Positions 1 to 12,359 are shown, counted from the first letter of the stretch. The stretch: 64,000 bases of DNA from Camelus ferus (GCF_009834535.1 NC_045697.1:114206001-114270000); one strand, 5' to 3'. Made by a program: numbers and translations. Notes: a model not told the origin generated them from the letters alone.

Positions 1-945
1 AAAAATGAGCAGAAGACCTAAACAAGCAATTCTCCAATGAAGACATACAAGTGGCCAATAGGCACATGAAAAAATGCTCAATATTGCTAACTACCAGAGA
101 AATGCAAATCAAAACTACAATGAGGTATCACCTCACACTAGACAGAATGGCCGTCATTCAAAAGTCCACAAATGGTAAATGCTGGAGAGGCTGTGGAGGA
201 AAGGGAACCCTCCTACACTGTTGGTGGGAATGTAGTATGGTGCAGCCATTATGGAGGACAGTATGAAGGTTCCTCAGAAAACTAAAAATACACTTACCCT
301 GTGATCCAGCAATCCCACTCCTGGCATATATCCAGAGGGAAACTTAATTCAAAAAGATACATGCACCCCAACGTTCACAGCAGCACTGTTTACAATAGCC
401 AAGACACGGAAACAACCTAAATGTCCATCAACAGATGCCTGGATAAATAAGTTGTGGTATACTTATACAAGGGAATACTACTCAGCCATAAAAATGAATC
501 AAATAATGCCCTTTGCAGCAACATGGATGGACCTGGAGATTGTCTTTCTAAATGAAGTAAGCCAGAAAGAGAAAGAAAAATACCGCATAATATCACTTAT
601 ATGTGAAATCTAAACAACAAGGACAAATAAACTGATTTGCAGAACAGAAACAGACTCACAGACATAGAAAACAAACATGGTTACCAGAGGGGAAGGGGGA
701 GGGAAGGGATAAACTAGGAGTTCTAAATTTGCAAATACTAGCTAATATATATAAAATAGATAAACAACTCTATGCTGCATAGCACAGGGAACTATATTCA
801 ATATCTTTTAGTAACTTATGTGAAAAAGAATACAAAAATGAATATATGTATGTATATGTAGGACTGAAGCATTGTGCTGTACACCAGAAATTGACACAAC
901 ATTGTAAACTGACTATACTTCAATAAAATATATTAAAAATAAATA
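1..945 (+). mobile_element. LINE-1 3' portion (ORF2 C-terminus + 3'UTR), lineage-specific; continues upstream of the window
   Basis: ORF 51..266 reads ANRHMKKCS...[28 protein letters not shown], the L1 ORF2 cysteine-rich domain. The 3'UTR ends CCAGAAATTGACACAACATTGTAAACTGACTATACTTCAATAAA plus an A-rich tail. Confidence 0.95.
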
Positions 946-1403
946 GATAGATAATTAAATAACTATAACATGCCGCTCAGAAATAGAAGACAACACTGAT
1001 TTATGGAGGAAATAACAATTGATCAAACATGTACCTGAATTTTGATGAGACAACCTTGGTAATAGTGGGTAAAGTAATAGTTTTTTTGTTGTTGGTCGTG
1101 CTGTTGTTAGTTTTTCCCTTCTTGGTCAGAGGTCTGAACGAGCAGTTTAATTTATCTGTGCTGAAATAACTAGGCAATACCCTTGAAACCATGCAACATC
1201 AGTTTAGGTTAAATGACTCTCAGCCTTACCTGCTAATGCTTTTATGGGATTTGGGATTTGTGAATTTGCTACAGACTTTCTTTAGAACCATGAAATATTG
1301 CATTCCCTATAAATTACCAAGCCAATAAAAAGTAAGCAGTCATGAATTTACCTACTTGAAAGCTTAAGTTGACCAAGCTTGGCAAAAAATATTTAAACAC
1401 AAA

Positions 1404-1743
1404 TTTTGGCCTGGAGGAAAAAAAAAAAAATCAGCTGCCAGGTGTTTCTCCAGCAAAGATGGGTTTATTTGGGTTCAACAGAGAATCCCAATTTGGGGTC
1501 TGCAACCATGGTGAGCTATGAGTAAGTCCCCTGCACAGCAAGGGAAGGAGAATGCTTTTATAGATGGGAAAAGGAAGTCATCGGGGCTGTAATAAATAGA
1601 GTCCATGATTTCACATTGTCTGGGTCCTGGCCAAGGAAAAGGAGAAGACTTTCTTGGGCTCTGTGATTATCGCGGGGCCTGAGAGCTCCCCCTGCTGGTC
1701 TCCCGACGATTTAATGGAGATTTTTGTTTATCAATTTTTTACA
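1404..1743 (-). mobile_element. ERV1-like solo LTR
   Basis: The minus strand starts TGTAAAAAATTG, has TATAAAA (1556-1562) and AATAAA about 90 bp downstream (1464-1469), i.e. U3-R-U5 order. It shares blocks with the LTR at 56077-56610. Left boundary uncertain. Confidence 0.7.
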
Positions 1744-2700
1744 ACACTGAAGTTGCAATCAATGCTGCAGTTGTTTTGTAGAGGATATCTTAAATCAGGA
1801 TTGTCGTGATGACCACCCAGGGACTCTGGAATTGTTATACAAATATTTGTGATGTGTTTCAGTATCAGATTTAGCATGTGTACATTCTAAACAAAATGTG
1901 CCCTTTTTCTTATGTGTTAGGCATATAGCCCTCGAATATAGTACAAAGGTGGTGGGGCTTTAAGAATACAGTGAGCTTTACAATCAATGATATCATTAAA
2001 GATGACTTTCAGACACAGATGCAGGTAACGATGATGTAGAGAGGTACTCATTTGTAATTATCTACTTCAGAGTCCATTCATATTGTTCAAAGGACTGGCC
2101 CTTTTTGTATCCAAATATGATTAATGAATGTGGAAGATATTTGTCTTAATGCCTCCCATTCATAACTGAAATAAAAGAACTTCCTCTAACAGAGGCTGTA
2201 TGGTACAGCTATCCACCAATATGAATTATGGAGCTTAAGTTCCTTATCTGTTTTCCCAAATTAAACAGTAATTTCATTCAAGACAGGACTATTATAGAAT
2301 TACCAGTTGCTTCAACTGTGTGCAGCCCAAGAGCTGGTGTGTAATTTGCTTTTGAGAAATAATCGTTGATTAAAGGAAAACAAACAGGAACTGGTTGAGT
2401 TTTCTAGCTAATTAGTTATACTGTGTTTAAGTCCTTTCAATCTCTCTTCATATTATTCTTCTAACACCTTTCATATTTTGATGGCACTGGCATCAATGAG
2501 AGCAGCTGTGACTACCTAACTAATCCAGATTAAGGGTTCCTGCCAAAAGGAAAACACACACACATGCATCGAGAAAAACATATTAGCAGCCCACTGACTT
2601 TTTAAAATTTTAATTAATTAATTAATTAATCAATCTATATTCTTGTCTATGCTCTTTTGGGGGACTTAATTTATTTTTAGAGTTCAAAATGCACAGTTAA

Positions 2701-2852
2701 GGGCATGGGTATAGCTCAAGTTGTAGAGCGTAGGTTTAGCATGCACGAGGTCTTGGGTTCAATCCTCAGTAACTCCTCTAAAAAAAAAAATTTAAAAAAA
2801 ACCCTCTAATTACCTCCTCCCCCCCAAAAAACCAACCAACAAACAAAAAAAC
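2701..2852 (+). mobile_element. tRNA-Ala-derived SINE (camelid Vic-1-like)
   Basis: Head GGGTATAGCTCAAGTTGTAGAGCG...TTAGCATGCACGAGGTCTTGGGTTCAATCC carries Pol III A and B boxes, followed by an A-rich linker, TAATTACCTCC and an A-rich tail. TSD CAAAATGCACAGTTA (2685-2699) vs CAAAATACGCAGTTA (2853-2867), 13/15. Confidence 0.92.
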
Positions 2853-5127
2853 CAAAATACGCAGTTAGATTTCCAAAGCTTAGTAATGCCATCAAGAATG
2901 TATTGAGCAAAGAAATAGCTCGACTATTTTCCCTTGTTGACGTTTGCTCGTTCAGCCATTTATATAACTATGAATCAAATATGATCTCATCCTCATTTAC
3001 TTCTTAAGTTTCCAAATTGTGACAATACAAATGGCAAATTTTACAGAACCATCCTTGCGTGTGACTCCTTGCATTGTTTTTTAGACCACTCTACACCCTT
3101 AAAGTTATAGTATTAAAAAAAAAAAATGCAGACAGTAACGGCCTCCTACTTTGAACATTTTAGGGTCTGGCGGTCAATCAAAAATATCCCCGGTCGAAAT
3201 TTAGATCATTTGTGCTGATCTCTCTCCTTCAATCGTAGAAATGATTCAGATATTTAAAATTGAGTTGAGCAGCAAAGCCAGTCACCAGAATAATTCACCT
3301 ACTTTTTCTCCTGAATTTTCTCAGTTTCCAGCTGTAGAAATTGAATTTGGGCTATGTATTAGGGTCTCAAAACATGACAAAGATCAGTTGCAAAATTAAA
3401 AAAAAAAAAAAAATGAATGGTCTCCTACGCATTTGACTGGAATAAAGACTTTTCTGTTTTTGAAGACTATAATTACCTTAACCTTAAATTCACCTCTTAA
3501 AATTAAAATTAAAATTCTAGTTTCCATTTATCATGGCATCTCTCATGCATAGAAATAATTTAAGATCAAAAGGAGATATATCCCAAAATTTAGTTTCAAT
3601 TTCTACCTGAGACTTTGTAACTAACTGTATGAGAGACAGAGCTTGAGTCTTTTTATTGTTGTTTTGTAGAATAATTATTTAGTGTGTAATTTTCATATTA
3701 TACTCCTCCCTCAATAAAAATGTTCTTAATCTGAAGAGAGATAGGGAGGCAGACTTGTTAACACTTTTTTTCAGAATGCTCTTGCCATAGATGTAACTTC
3801 TTAACATCTGTAAAGTACAGGGTATGCAGTTGATAAGGACTTACATCAATGGTGATGTAATGACACTCCAGAGATTTTTAATTGAAATGGAAAAAAAATT
3901 GTTTTGGAGAAATGCAGTATCATCTAAATACCTAAAAATGATACTATTATTTAAAATGTGTTTTGTATATAGATGTATCTGATTTCTAAATTGTTAGACT
4001 TGACACAGGAGACAGTTCACAGAAATGAAAGTCCAGTTTAATGAAGTGGCATTTTACAAGTTCAAGTAAAGCATTCATTACATTGTTGAAGCTGTATTTC
4101 TGTGCTCTTTTTACTTTCAACGGAAGGTGAGCACCATTGTATATTGCATTCCATTCCACTGTGCATCAAAATTTCCTGGGAAACACAGAGCAGAGGAAGG
4201 GAGAAGAAAGGCAGCCTCAGCTCTGAAGATGACAGTGGGCATTTGCTGTGGCTTTCATGTCAGTCTTTCACATCTGCTGTCTCATTAACCCTCACGGTAT
4301 TTCCTCCAGTGTAGACGGGATGGATTGAGACTGTGAGACTTGTGGAGGTCTGAGCTTGTCCTGAGTTCCTCATCTGGTCAGTAGCAAGTTTGCACTAACC
4401 TCCTTGCCTGTAGCCTCCTCTTCCTCAGCTCTTCCCATCTCTCCCTTGTAATTTACACCGTTCTATTTCCAGGGGAGAGACAACCATTCCAGACAAGAGC
4501 TGCTTAAATAGATGTAAACACTCAGAAGTTCAAATGAATGTCTAATATTCTGCACCATAGGCATATTTTTACAAAAAGATATATTTTATAAACATTGAAT
4601 AGGTCTTACAGAAAACATTCAAGAAGGTAAGGAAACATTTCATGATAAAGAGCAAAGAATAATGCACCTGGGGTTCTCCTGCTTTGCTGGCAACACCGTT
4701 AGTTAATTTCTGGGAGAACCTCAGACGTGAGAAGCTCTAGCCTGACTTCATGAGCTTGACATCTCCCTATGCACACCAGCACCTGTTTTTCACCTATTAA
4801 TTAACTTTTACATCAGTTTACTTTAGTCATTAGTAATAGGTTCCTGATGAAATTGGATGTCATCAAAATGCCAACAAAGTTCATGATTCTAAATCTCAGA
4901 TTACCTGCATTGGAACACTTTTACTGTCCCAGAGGGCTGTCTTTGCTTCCCTACTCATCACAGTACAAATCGGGGGAAATCTACATTTTTATGCAAATTT
5001 TGAATTACTTAGCAAACAGCTGCCCAGGACTAATATAAGCCCGATAATGGTGACAGAGGTATGTGACAGTGAGAAACTAGGTTAGAAATTAGATGGATCA
5101 TTTATACATGCTTATTATAAGAAAATA

Positions 5128-6378
5128 GAGCAGTTTTAGTTTAACAGCAAAATTGAGCCGAGATTTCAGAGTGTCCACATACCTCCTGGCACCACACCTG
5201 TATGGCTTCCCCCGCTATCAGCCTCCTGCACCACATGGTACATTTGTTATCATCCATGAACCTACACTGACACATCTTTATCACCCAAAGTCCGTGGTTT
5301 ACTTTAGGGTTCACTCTTGGTATTCTGTATTTTATGGATTTTGGCACATGCATAATAACTTACATCCACCATTGTCATATCATACAAACTTGCTTCATTG
5401 TCCTAAAAATCCTCTGTGCTCTGCCTATGTATTCTTTTCCCTTTCAAACCTTGGAAACCACCGATCTTTTTCCTGCCTCCATAGTTTTGCCTTTTCCAGA
5501 ATGTCCTGTAGTTTGGGTCCTACAGTATATAGCCTTTTAAGACTTCCTTCTTTTAGTTGGTAATATGCATATAAGATTTCTCCTTTTCTTTTCATGGCTT
5601 GATGGTACCTCTTATTTTTAACATCAAATAATATCCCTCAGATTTATCCATCTACCACATTGTGTTATCCATTTACCTACTGAGGGACATCTTGGCTGCT
5701 TCCAAGTTTTGCCAATTGTAAATAAAGCTGTTACAAACACCTGTGTGCAGGAGGTTTGTGAACATAAGACTTGAGCTCCTTTGTATGGATAACAAGTGCA
5801 ATTGATGGATTGTCTGGTAGGAATATGTTTCAATTTGTAAGAAGACACCGCACTGTCTCCCAAAGTGGCTGCTCTGTGTCACGATGCCGACAGCAGTGAA
5901 TGAGAGTTCCTGTTGCTCCACATTCTCCCCAGCATTTGGTGTTGTCAGTGTTCTAGAGTTTGACCTTTCAGATAGGAGCGTAGAGATAACTTTTTGCCTA
6001 ATTTTGCATCTCCCTGATGACATCTGATATTGAGCATCTTTACATGTGTTAATTTTCCATCTGTATATTTTCTTTATTGAGATGGCTGTTAAGGTAGTTG
6101 GCAATTTTTAATCAGGTTTTTCTTTTTTTTTTTAGGTTTTAAAATTTATTTGTATATTTTGGATAACAATTCTTTATCAGATATGGGGTTTTTTTTGCAA
6201 ATATTTTCTCCCAGTTTGTGGTTTGGCTTCTCATTCTCTTGATGTTGCCTTTTGCAGAGCAGAAGTCTATACTTTTAATGAAATCCAGTTTCTCAATTGT
6301 TTCTTTCATTTATCATGCCTTCTGTGTTGTAACTAAAAAGTCATTGCCATACCCAAGGTCATCTAGGTTTTCTCCTAT
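5128..6378 (-). mobile_element. old LINE-1 (L1MC-like) 3' end and ORF2 C-terminus
   Basis: 3'UTR begins (on +) GAGCAGTTTTAGTTTAACAGCAAAATTGAGC. Minus-strand ORFs 5673..6104 and 5624..5863 contain L1-derived peptides (FVTALFTIGKTWKQPRCPSVGKWI). Confidence 0.88.
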
Positions 6379-9062
6379 TAAAACTAATAAATGAATTCGG
6401 TAAAGTTGCAGAAAACAAAATCAGCATACAGAATTCAATTGTGTTTCTATACACAAACAACAAACTCTCAGAAAGCAAAATGAATAATCTAATTTGTAAT
6501 AGCGTTAAGATCGACAAAATACTTAGAATTTAGCCAAGGAGGTAAAAGGTTTGTACACTGAATATTGATGAAAGAAATTGAAGAGGACATGAATAAATGG
6601 GTCCACTTCCCATGTTCACATACCAAAAGAATGAACATTTTAAAAAATATTCTTACTACCCAAAGCCATTTATAGTTTCATGCATATCTTGATCAAAATT
6701 CCAGTGACATTTTTCACAGAAATAGACAAAACAATTCTAAAATTTGTATGGAACCACTAAAGACCTCAAATAACCAAAGCAATCTTGAAAAAGAGGAGCA
6801 TAGCTTGAGGTTATCACACTTCCTGATTTCAAACTATATTACTATTATTTCAAACTATATTGCTATATCAAAAGAGAATAGCACTGCCATAAAGCAGACA
6901 CATTGACCAATGGTACAGAATTGAAAGCCCAGAAATAAACCCACCCATATGTATTTGAATAATATTTCACACAACAGCCAAGGACATTCAATGGCGGAAG
7001 GACAGTCTCTTTAATAAAAGGTGTTGGGGAATTGGTATCCCCATGCAAAAGAATAAAATTTTACCCTTATCTTAAACCATTCACAAAATTTAACTCAAGA
7101 TGGATTAAAGACTTAAAGATACAACATGAAACCATAGAACTTCTATAGGAAAAAATAGACTTACTATATGACCCAGGAATCCCGTTCCTGGGCATATATC
7201 CAGAAGAACCCTACTTCAGGATGACACCTGCACCCCAGTGTTCTTAGCAGCACTATTTACAATAGCCAAGACATGGAGATGGCCTAAATCTCCATCAATG
7301 GATGACTGGATAAAGAAGATGTGGTATATTTATACAATGGAATACTATTCAGCCATAAAAACTGACAACATAACGCCATTTGCAGCAACATGGATGCTCC
7401 TGGAGAATGTCATTCTAAGTGAAGTAAGCCAGAAAGAGAAAGAAAAATACCATATGAGATCACTCATATGTGGAATCTAAAAAAAAAACAAAAACAAAAA
7501 CAGAAAAAACAAAGCATAAATACAAAACAGAAATAGACTCATAGACATAGAATACAAACTTGTGGTTGCCAAGGGGGCGGAGGGTGGGAAAGGATAGATG
7601 GGATTTCAAAATTGTAGAATAGATAAACAAGATTATACTGTATAGCACAGGGAAATATACACAAGATCTTATGGTAGCTTGCAGAGAAAAAAAATGTGAC
7701 AATGAATATATATATGTTCATGTATAACGGAAAAATTGTGCTCTCTACTGGAATTTGACACAACATTGTAAAATGATTATAAATCAATAAAAAAAAACTG
7801 AAAAAAAAATTAGAGGAAGATACCTTGACATTATCTGGGCAACAGGTTTTGAATGTGAAAGCAAAGGCACAAGCAAAAAAATAAATAAACAAGTGGAACC
7901 GCAGCGAATCAAAAAGCTTCTGCACAGCAAAAGAAACCAAGAAGATGAAAAGACAACCTAAGAAATGGGAGAAAATATTTGCAAACCGTTTATTAGATAA
8001 GTGATTTATATCCAAAACATATAAGAAACTCATATAACTCACTGGCAAAAAAAAACATAATAATCTGATTTTTTTTAATGGGCAAACAATTTAAATAGAC
8101 GTTCTTCCAGAGAAGACATAGAAATGGCCAAAAGGTACATGTAAATATACTAATCTAATCATCAGGAAGTCACTGATCATCAAGGAAATACACATGGAGA
8201 CCACGTGGTATCACCTCACACTTGTTAGCACGACTATTACCAAAAAGACAAGAGATAACAAGTGTTGGCAATGATGTGGAGAAAAGGAAGCCTTGTGAAC
8301 TATTGGTGAGAATGTAAATTGGTACAACCACTGCAGAAAAGCCTATGGAGTGTCCTCAAAATAAAATAAAATGGATCTAACGTATGATCCATCAATCCCA
8401 TTTCTGGGTGTATAGTCAGTGAAAATGAAATCACTGTCTTGAAGAGATATCTCCATCCCAAAGTTTAGTGTGGCATTATTTACAATAACCAGACATGGGA
8501 ACAACCTATTTGGGTATTGATAGATGAGTGAATCATATATATGTGTATTCTATTAAACCATGAGAAAGAAGGAAATCCTGACATGTGTGATAACATAGAT
8601 GGACCCTGATGATGTTCTGCTAAGGGAAATAAGTTAAAGAAAGACAATTACTGGATAATATCACTTGTATGTGGAATTCTTAAAAAAAAAAAAAAAAAAA
8701 GAAGCCAAATTCCTAGAAACAAAGTAGATTGATGGTTTCTAGGAGCTGGGGAGTGGGGGGAGATGGGGAAAAGGTGATCAAAGGGTACAAACTTCCAGTT
8801 ATAGGCTGATTTACTTCTGAGGATATAATTTATGGCATGGTGATTATAATTAATATTTATGCCTTATGTACTTGAAAGTTCCTGAAAGAAAAAAATCTCA
8901 AATATTCTTACTGTAAAATAACATTGTAGTTATATGAGGTGATGAGTGTGTTCACTAACCTTATTGTGGGAATCAATTCACAATACAGACATACATCAAA
9001 TTGTTACATTGTACACCTTAACTTTATCCAATGTGTATGTCTGTTGTATCTCAATAAAGCAG
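6379..9062 (+). mobile_element. 5'-truncated L1MA-like LINE-1, interrupted by a younger L1 at 7159-7803
   Basis: Starts CTAATAAATGAATTCGGTAAAGTTGCAG (ORF2 LINEFGKVA) and runs through the ORF2 C-terminus. The 3'UTR has AAGGGTACAAACTTCCAGTTATA and ends GTATCTCAATAAAGC. Confidence 0.9.
7159..7803 (+). mobile_element. young lineage-specific LINE-1 3' fragment nested in the L1MA-like copy
   Basis: ORF 7238..7480 is the L1 ORF2 terminus (AALFTIAKTW...WYIYTMEYYSAIK). It ends GGAATTTGACACAACATTGTAAAATGATTATAAATCAATAAA plus an A tail. TSD-like AAAAAATAG (7150-7158) / AAAAAAATTAG (~7803-7813); the host ORF2 resumes seamlessly. Confidence 0.92.
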
Positions 9063-9084
9063 CAGCGAGGATGGGGGAGGGACG

Positions 9085-9489
9085 TGAGTCCTTCGAAGCA
9101 CTCTTTAACTGTGCTCCACTATTCTTGATAAGCTTATGTTTTCATTTTCTTTAATGCAAAATATTTTTTAATTTGTTTTGAGATCTCCTCTTTTACCCAT
9201 GTGTTCTTCAGAAGGGTGTTGTTCATCTCCACATGTTTGACTTGTTCCAGTTATCTTTCTGTCATTGATTTCCAGTTTAATTCCATCGTGGGCTGAGAGC
9301 AGACATGGTACACTTCTGTGCTTTTAAATTTGTTAAGGTGTTTTTATGGGCCTGAGTGTGATCTCTCTTGATAAATAGTCCGTGTGAGCTTAAGAAGGAT
9401 GCACATTCTGCTGTTTGGGGATGAAACAGTCTATAGATGTCAATTATATCCAGTTGACTGGTGTGTTGCTGAGTTCAACTATGTCCTTA
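9085..9489 (-). mobile_element. old LINE-1 ORF2 endonuclease-domain fragment
   Basis: The minus strand translates QLDIIDIYRLFHPQTAE...SSHGLFIKRDH, matching the L1 endonuclease motif DLIDIYRTLHP...HGTFSKIDH. Confidence 0.85.
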
Positions 9490-10792
9490 AATGTTTATTT
9501 GCCCATTAATTCCCAGTTGACCTGAAAAGGATAACACCTGAGTATTTTGGATAGGTGTCTTTTGGAGGCAACATGAAACCAACCTATGTATACGTTTCAA
9601 TGGACCATTTAGCAGTCAGCCTCCTACGTGGATGGTGAGAGATGGCTTCCGACACAGCAGCTACTCTCCCACGGAAAGAGGCTGTGGCTCTTCCTTCTAC
9701 TGGAAAGATAACTCGGGTTTTGTAAAATGATTATTCCACTGGAAATGGAAATGGAAGTGTGTAGAGAAAATAAATGAAGATAAAACATGCTTAAAATCAT
9801 TTTTATTTTCCATTATCCTTTTTGATCTATATAAAAAGGAAATACCCTAGATATAGCATTCTTGTTTATTGTTATTTAAAGTTTTTATGTTTCCTTAACA
9901 AAGAACTGTTATGAATACTTTGGATTTACAGGTAATATCATTGGATTGAAATGTTTATTCTGGGTTTCTAAAATAGTAACATTGGGATGAATAAGGGTAA
10001 AATAGTAAACAGATAAGGAAAGAAAATTATTAGTTGGTAAAGATGCCAAAAGCTGTAAGAACGTTTCCCGTTTTCCAAATATTACACTTTTGCTTTGGTA
10101 CAACAGATAAAGTTTCCAAATAATCCGTTGTCAGGAATTAGTTGAGGGTTTGTGGTTTTCAAGTAGTAGGTCACTAGTGATTTCAGAAAATCCTGAAATA
10201 GAAAGGAACAATTTAAGATAAGGCAGGTGATCAGCTTAAAGTCCATTACTGTCGGCTTAGGCCTTGTAAGAGGAAGACAGTATTACTGCTGGGCACAAAA
10301 TCTGGAAAAAAACTGACCAGAGGATATGAGAGCAAAGGAAAGCTGTAAAAGAGGGACTTTTATGTAACTGAATACTATTTAATCAAATATGACAAATATT
10401 CAGGCCCTGTTTTGATCATTTGTAAGGCCATGGTACATTTCTGTCTTCACATTGCCTGATGAAATAGGAATTTTAAATGGTCACAAAGATAGGGGTCTGA
10501 TCTACATTAAAAACTAACATCAGATATTAGTTTGAGGCCATTTTATAAAATTCCCTAGATACCTGCTCACATGGTTAATAAGTAATTTTTGAGGGTTCAT
10601 GCAAATTGGCATTGTAGGAAATTCCTGAATTCAGAACTAAGGCATCACGCAGTAGAAACCATTCAAATAGAGGGGAAAAGGCTTTTCTGACCCTGACTAT
10701 AATGCAGAGTATTATATGGAATGTATAATTTCCACTGGGCTATAATGAAGCCGGATGGCCTGAGATAATACGGTGTAAAAGAAAATCAGGGT

Positions 10793-10818
10793 TGTGTGTG
10801 TGTGTGTGTGTGTGTGTG
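10793..10818. repeat. (TG)13 microsatellite
   Basis: Perfect dinucleotide run read directly. Confidence 0.95.
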
Positions 10819-11250
10819 TATTTTTCTTTTATAAAAGGAAAGCAAAAGAAAAAAAAAAAAAGCACAGGGAACTGAGTCCTTTCCTGCTATTACTGGGACT
10901 TGTGCATTTTTCTCCCACTAGGATAGTTAGGTCAATGGTACATCGCTGTCAGAAGAAACAGCTGGTAGTCAGCAAGAACTTGTGCTGGGGTTCAAATGTC
11001 CGACTCAGAGAAATCAGCATCAGTTTGTACAGTGTTTTCTAAAACATAAACGTGAGTAAGAGATGTAGTTGTTTGTAAACCTGTTTCTTTTTCATTCATT
11101 GTTGTTTTAGATGATGTCCTAGGTATTCAGTATAGTGTGTTCTTAAATATATTAAAAATATTTACCAAATGCTCTTGATTCCCAAGTCCTGAAGTTAATT
11201 GATACTACTTTAATATGCAGTTTAACCCTACTATGAAAAAAGGATGAAAA

Positions 11251-11276
11251 TGTGTGTGTGTGTGTGTGTGTGTGTG
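11251..11276. repeat. (TG)13 microsatellite
   Basis: Perfect dinucleotide run read directly. Confidence 0.95.
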
Positions 11277-11444
11277 TAGTGAGTAAAGAACAAATGATGA
11301 CTTGAAATACAGTTTTCAAACTAGGGGCTGGATGTATTAAATTGGTAAATCACTGATGTTTACCAATCAGAGCTGTTAGAATTGCTTCGTTCCTTAGCAA
11401 CGTCATAAATTACTGTATCATGGAACACTGTAAGGTTGACAGTT

Positions 11445-12060
11445 TTAAAATGTACATACAGTCAGGTTTAACTTTTTTACCTCTTTGGTGTACAGTGGCA
11501 TGAGTTTTAACACATGTATGGATGTGTGTAACCACCTTCACAGTCCAGGTACAGGGAAGTTAGCTTACTCCCCTCCCCAAATTCCCTTGGCTGGTTGTTT
11601 GCAGTCATATGCTCTCCCCATTCCTACCAGAGGGCAATCACTTAATCTCATCTCTTTCTCTATCATTTTGCCTTTTCCAGAACATCACATGGATGGAATC
11701 ACACAGTCCAGGACCATTTGAAACTGGCTACTTTCCCTCAGCATAATGGCTGTGGGATTCATTTTTGTTGTGTAATCCGCAGTTTGTTTCTTTTTCATTG
11801 TTGAGTAGTATTCCATTGTGTGAACACTGCAGTTCATTCATCCATTCACCTGTCAAAGGACAGTTAGGTCGTTTGCAGTTTGGGGCAATAAGAAGACAGC
11901 CCCTATAAAACATTTGTTTATAGGTTTTTGAATGGACATACATTGTTACTTCTCCAAGATAAACGCCTAAGAATGAATTTGCTAGGTCATATGGTTAAGT
12001 ATATGTTTTAACTTATTAAGAAACTGCCAAATTGTTTGCCAGAGTGGTTGTACCATTTTA
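11445..12060 (-). mobile_element. ancient LINE-1 3' fragment (L1ME-like)
   Basis: Contains GTGTACAG...ATGAGTTTTAACACATGTATGGATGTGTGTAACCACC and GAGTAGTATTCCATTGTG...GAAACTGCCAAATTGTTTGCCAGAGTGGTTGTACCATTTTA. ORF 11728..11943 is an L1-like peptide. Confidence 0.8.
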
Positions 12061-12167
12061 GAGTTCAACATTATATCAGTGTCAGCTTCATACATATTTT
12101 TCAGAAAGACAAATATGAAATAGATGAGTCAAGGTTCTGTTATATTTATATGCTGTGTTTAATCAAT

Positions 12168-12290
12168 ATAGTAGACAGGATAATGACCTTCCAAGAGATA
12201 TCCAGGACCTGATCCATGGCAAGTGTGAATTTACTATAAAGGGGGGAAAAATGTCTTTGCCAATGTGGTTAATGATCTTGAGAAGGATGT
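12168..12290 (+). mobile_element. MaLR LTR 5' fragment (MLT1D-like)
   Basis: GTAGACAGGATAATGACCTTCCAAGAGATATCCAGGACCTGATCC...CTTTGCCAATGTGGTTAATGATCTTGAGA resembles the MLT1D start. Confidence 0.6.
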
Positions 12291-12359
12291 CTGCTAACAC
12301 GGTTAATAATATTTAAGTTTAATAAAGATTAACACTTAAGAAATTACTGTATTCAGAAT

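Noticed and set aside
51..266. ORFs with protein-like motifs (also 5673..6104, 7238..7480, 32060..32287, 39966..40181, 50787..50999, 58372..58563, 63083..63319)
   Set aside because: All are frameshifted or stop-interrupted remnants of the LINE-1 ORF2 C-terminus in truncated elements, not host genes.
2701..2780. tRNA-Ala-like sequences as functional tRNA genes (four copies)
   Set aside because: Stems are disrupted, and each copy carries a SINE tail and TSD.
7539..8048. Longest ORF (169 aa) and other >100-aa ORFs (5153..5563, 24544..24993, 15992..16327, 18601..18951, 28687..29013, 57339..57671)
   Set aside because: They are antisense to L1/L2 or composition-driven (F/L/S/I-rich), with no recognisable domain or exon structure.
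5128..9062. Head-to-head L1s as a twin-priming 5' inversion
   Set aside because: Each arm has its own 3'UTR from a different subfamily and the arms overlap in ORF2 coordinates, so they are independent insertions.
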